Shown here one piece after another: positions 62,701 to 64,000 of a DNA stretch of 64,000 nucleotides (its first letter is position 1; each line of letters begins with the position of its first letter). The translations under genes were made by a program, and so were the position numbers. Source of the DNA: Lytechinus pictus (Eukaryota); the NCBI RefSeq assembly GCF_037042905.1, contig NC_087252.1, forward strand, positions 17,920,001 to 17,984,000, read 5' to 3'. The notes beneath the pieces were generated by a model. The model had not been told where the DNA came from, did not search any database, and saw only the letters and a list, made by a program, of their open reading frames with translations.

Positions 62701-62974
62701 TATGAAGTGTGCCCTGGATTAGACTCTTAAGAAATTAGAAGCAATGTTTGCTTAATCTTTGACAGGATCTTGTCATATACACTCCCTATAGAATGCCGTT
62801 CCAACAAATATAGTCAAGAATATGCACTGACAATTTATTTCCTCTTTGATTTAAACGACAGATTATGTGCAGCGAGTGACCGGTGTCCCGGCTAGAGCGG
62901 TCAAAGATGCCATCAGGACGAAACTAAACAACGAAGCAAAGCGAATGCACAGACAACTCATATTCAAAAGGTAG
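43044..62974 (+). CDS. Coiled-coil plus BEN-domain protein, about 530 aa; join(43044..43143,47229..47465,50396..50532,57125..57239,59078..59475,60488..60754,61644..61869,62862..62974)
   Basis: All introns are GT-AG with matching phases (1,1,0,1,0,0,1), giving 1593 nt of open frame. Acidic N-terminus, coiled coil LREENDALRKENSELRKKV, P/Q/S-rich middle, and BEN-like C-terminus FRKLTSDLLMCLFPRKVLSRSTLGG..RLDPEKVEAILDYV..AVKDAIRTKLNN. An acceptor at 43036 implies an upstream UTR exon. The last exon could splice further at 62971. Confidence 0.85.
43190..45349. mobile_element. Tc1/mariner-like non-autonomous element, copy 1 (interrupted)
   Basis: TA flanks, TIR C(A/T)GTGCGTATCAAAAAAAAGTTTACACTT, homologous to 45708-46692. 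Confidence 0.8.
43627..44948. mobile_element. hAT-like element with 6-bp TSD nested in the Tc1-like copy
   Basis: TIR CAGAGATGCCAACC / GGTTGGCATCTCTG. The TSD CATTTC is confirmed by the empty site in copy 2 (CCTAAGCCATTTCATG, about 46271). Confidence 0.85.
45708..46692. mobile_element. Tc1/mariner-like non-autonomous element, copy 2
   Basis: TA|CAGTGCGTATC...GATACGCACTG|TA. Confidence 0.85.
47060..47228 (+). repeat. Three diverged copies (about 50-62 bp) of the acceptor-proximal intron sequence
   Basis: TTAACAAATTTGTTC occurs three times (about 47082, 47144, 47194). The last copy leads into the exon 2 acceptor. Confidence 0.75.
47787..48087. repeat. (CAT)n microsatellite
   Basis: About 300 bp of imperfect CAT repeats, giving spurious poly-His and poly-Met ORFs. 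Confidence 0.95.
48626..49404. mobile_element. hAT-like element with 6-bp TSD
   Basis: TIR TAGGGACAGTGATTTTCC / GGAAAATCACTGTCCCTA, TSD TACTTG, subterminal TTCCGT repeats. Confidence 0.8.
49571..50340. mobile_element. piggyBac-like non-autonomous element, copy A
   Basis: (C)TAA|CCCTATCT...AGATAGGG|TTAA; inverted homologue of 51421-52183. Confidence 0.75.
50570..50846 (-). mobile_element. tRNA-derived SINE with (TTA)n tail
   Basis: Minus-strand head GGGCGTCATGATCTAGTGGTTAAG...GGGTTCGAATCC, a CAGCAAGAAATTTATCCAC core, and an AAT-repeat tail. Confidence 0.8.
50880..52557 (-). mobile_element. tRNA-derived SINE split by a MITE (50977-52296), which is itself split by piggyBac-like copy B
   Basis: Head GGTGCCATGGTGTAGTGGTTCGG..GGGTTTGAATCCC at about 52557-52490, tail near 50880-50960, and CCATCT on both sides of the MITE. 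Confidence 0.65.
51421..52183. mobile_element. piggyBac-like non-autonomous element, copy B (opposite orientation to copy A)
   Basis: TTAA|CCCT...AGGG|TTAA. CCCGGGTACGCGGTTCCGAAATTACG (about 51567) is the reverse complement of the sequence at about 50166-50191. Confidence 0.8.
52703..53275. mobile_element. Kolobok-like element, second copy, right end damaged
   Basis: Homologous to 25406-26009 from AGGTCAAGTCCAC onward. Confidence 0.7.
53792..54004. mobile_element. Harbinger-like MITE; similar MITEs at about 46780-46962, 57260-57568, 57899-58211, 61183-61347 and 63450-63727
   Basis: TIR GGGGGTGTTTCACAAAGATTT / AAATCTTTGTGAAACACCCCC. Confidence 0.75.
54006..57124 (+). repeat. Highly homogeneous 62-bp tandem array, about 50 copies, ending at the exon 4 acceptor
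   Basis: Unit TGTAACATATCTTTGATATCATAGGCTCTCATATTACATCCTTGATATTATAATTTTTTTCC. Period 62 (54131 to 54193), one 6-bp deletion near 54490, and few variants. Confidence 0.98.
59830..59987 (-). mobile_element. Second, diverged copy of the 7SL-headed SINE
   Basis: Minus strand TTGGGCGTTGTGCACCTGCAATCCAAGCT...GGTGGTGACGTTAGAAGTCGGTCCCAGA. Confidence 0.65.
61815..62630 (+). repeat. Tandem repeat (about 113 bp, about 7 copies plus a partial) spanning the exon 7 / intron 7 junction
   Basis: ACAAGACCTATTTAGACCCAGAGAA(A/T)GTTGAAGCAAT recurs. The first copy is coding (NKTRLDPEKVEAIL). Confidence 0.92.
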
Positions 62975-64000
62975 AGAGCAATGCCATCATTCTTTTTGAA
63001 ATACATGGGTATGTAAGGTTTGACCGTAGTAGGTGCCCAGGACATGAAGGTGCCGAAAAGAGCAGGCCAGACATGATAAAAATATGGCAGTCTTAGATGA
63101 AGCTTACCCTATGGACTCTTGTAAAGTCATGCTACATCTATCCCAAAGGCACCATGAATTTTCAGGTTGATATCATCTGTTTGTCAAAGTCTCAACATTC
63201 TCACGAAGATGCATTGGCCTAAAAACATTGTAAAAACTTGCCGTTGTTGAGAATTAACAACTCATTTTGTCAGGTTAATGTTCTGTTCTCCAGGAAGCAG
63301 TCCCATTTTCTTATTGTGGATGATTTTTTCATGAGCTCGTTCATCGATAGTGACCCTGAGGTCTCTGATTACACTCTGATCAATATAATAATTATGATAC
63401 TTGTATTACAGATATAATCATTATTATAGGCCATTGAAATGTTTATATCTGGGTCTCGTCTTACAAAGGGTTACGATTGATCTGATCAAACACAACTATG
63501 AATGACAAGCCACATCAACATCTAAACTGCAAATTTGTTCAAAATATCTTCTAGATATGATGTATATTCATGCATTCATCCTTCTCTTGAAAGTCCAGTG
63601 TGATTCTCTTTGTTTACTACTGTAAAGGAGATTGAGCTGATTTACTGTAGAAACAATTATGGTATGGATGGATTTCCATACAGTTTTGATTGATTGGATC
63701 AATCGTAACTCTTTGTAAGATGGGGCCTAGATTGGCTATCATCAGATATCCTAAATATCTGTGTTGCTTGATTATGGTGGTGTTGCAAGAAAATTCAAAA
63801 TTTCTGTTACCAACTTCCAATTGAAATGTCTATTGTAACTAGAGCAAGATTGATGATCATTTCCTTTTGCAAAAAGCAAACCAGCAATCAAGGACAAATA
63901 TACAATTAATTGCTTATGATTCATTTAGCACATAGGATTGGTTTGAGATAGATTGCAAGTTTAAAGTTTAGTGAAACTGGGACCTGATGAGCTTCTGTCT

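Noticed and set aside
62346..62705. Second BEN-like ORF
   Set aside because: It is a translation of the 113-bp intronic repeat copies of the exon 7 end.

Overview
AT-rich, repeat-dense eukaryotic genomic DNA with spliceosomal introns. The repeat families and genes suggest a marine deuterostome, probably a sea urchin (inference only). Protein-coding content: (1) an intact single-exon C2H2-finger/acidic ORF (1072-1692) in the loop of a near-perfect inverted repeat of at least 950 bp, whose right side ends in a Polinton/Maverick-type terminus at about 4134; (2) a decayed Crypton (DUF3504 tyrosine recombinase) element at about 5040-9002; (3) an intronless TRIM gene (RING, two B-boxes, coiled coil, NHL-like propeller; 11942-13813); (4) a spliced Myb/SANT-like gene behind a Harbinger-type terminus (35975-39330); (5) an 8-coding-exon coiled-coil plus BEN-domain gene (43044-62974, about 530 aa), assembled by hand with consistent intron phases. 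The rest is SINEs, nested non-autonomous DNA transposons (Transib-, Kolobok-, piggyBac-, Tc1-, hAT-, EnSpm- and Harbinger-like), satellites and microsatellites. Most interesting: a probable fold-back mini-Polinton with giant TIRs carrying one gene; a SINE with a 7SL/Alu-like head; tandem arrays built from the BEN gene's own splice-site regions (including about 50 x 62 bp of an acceptor region); and a Transib-like element with a 12-RSS-like end. No database searches were run; family calls rest on motif recognition.
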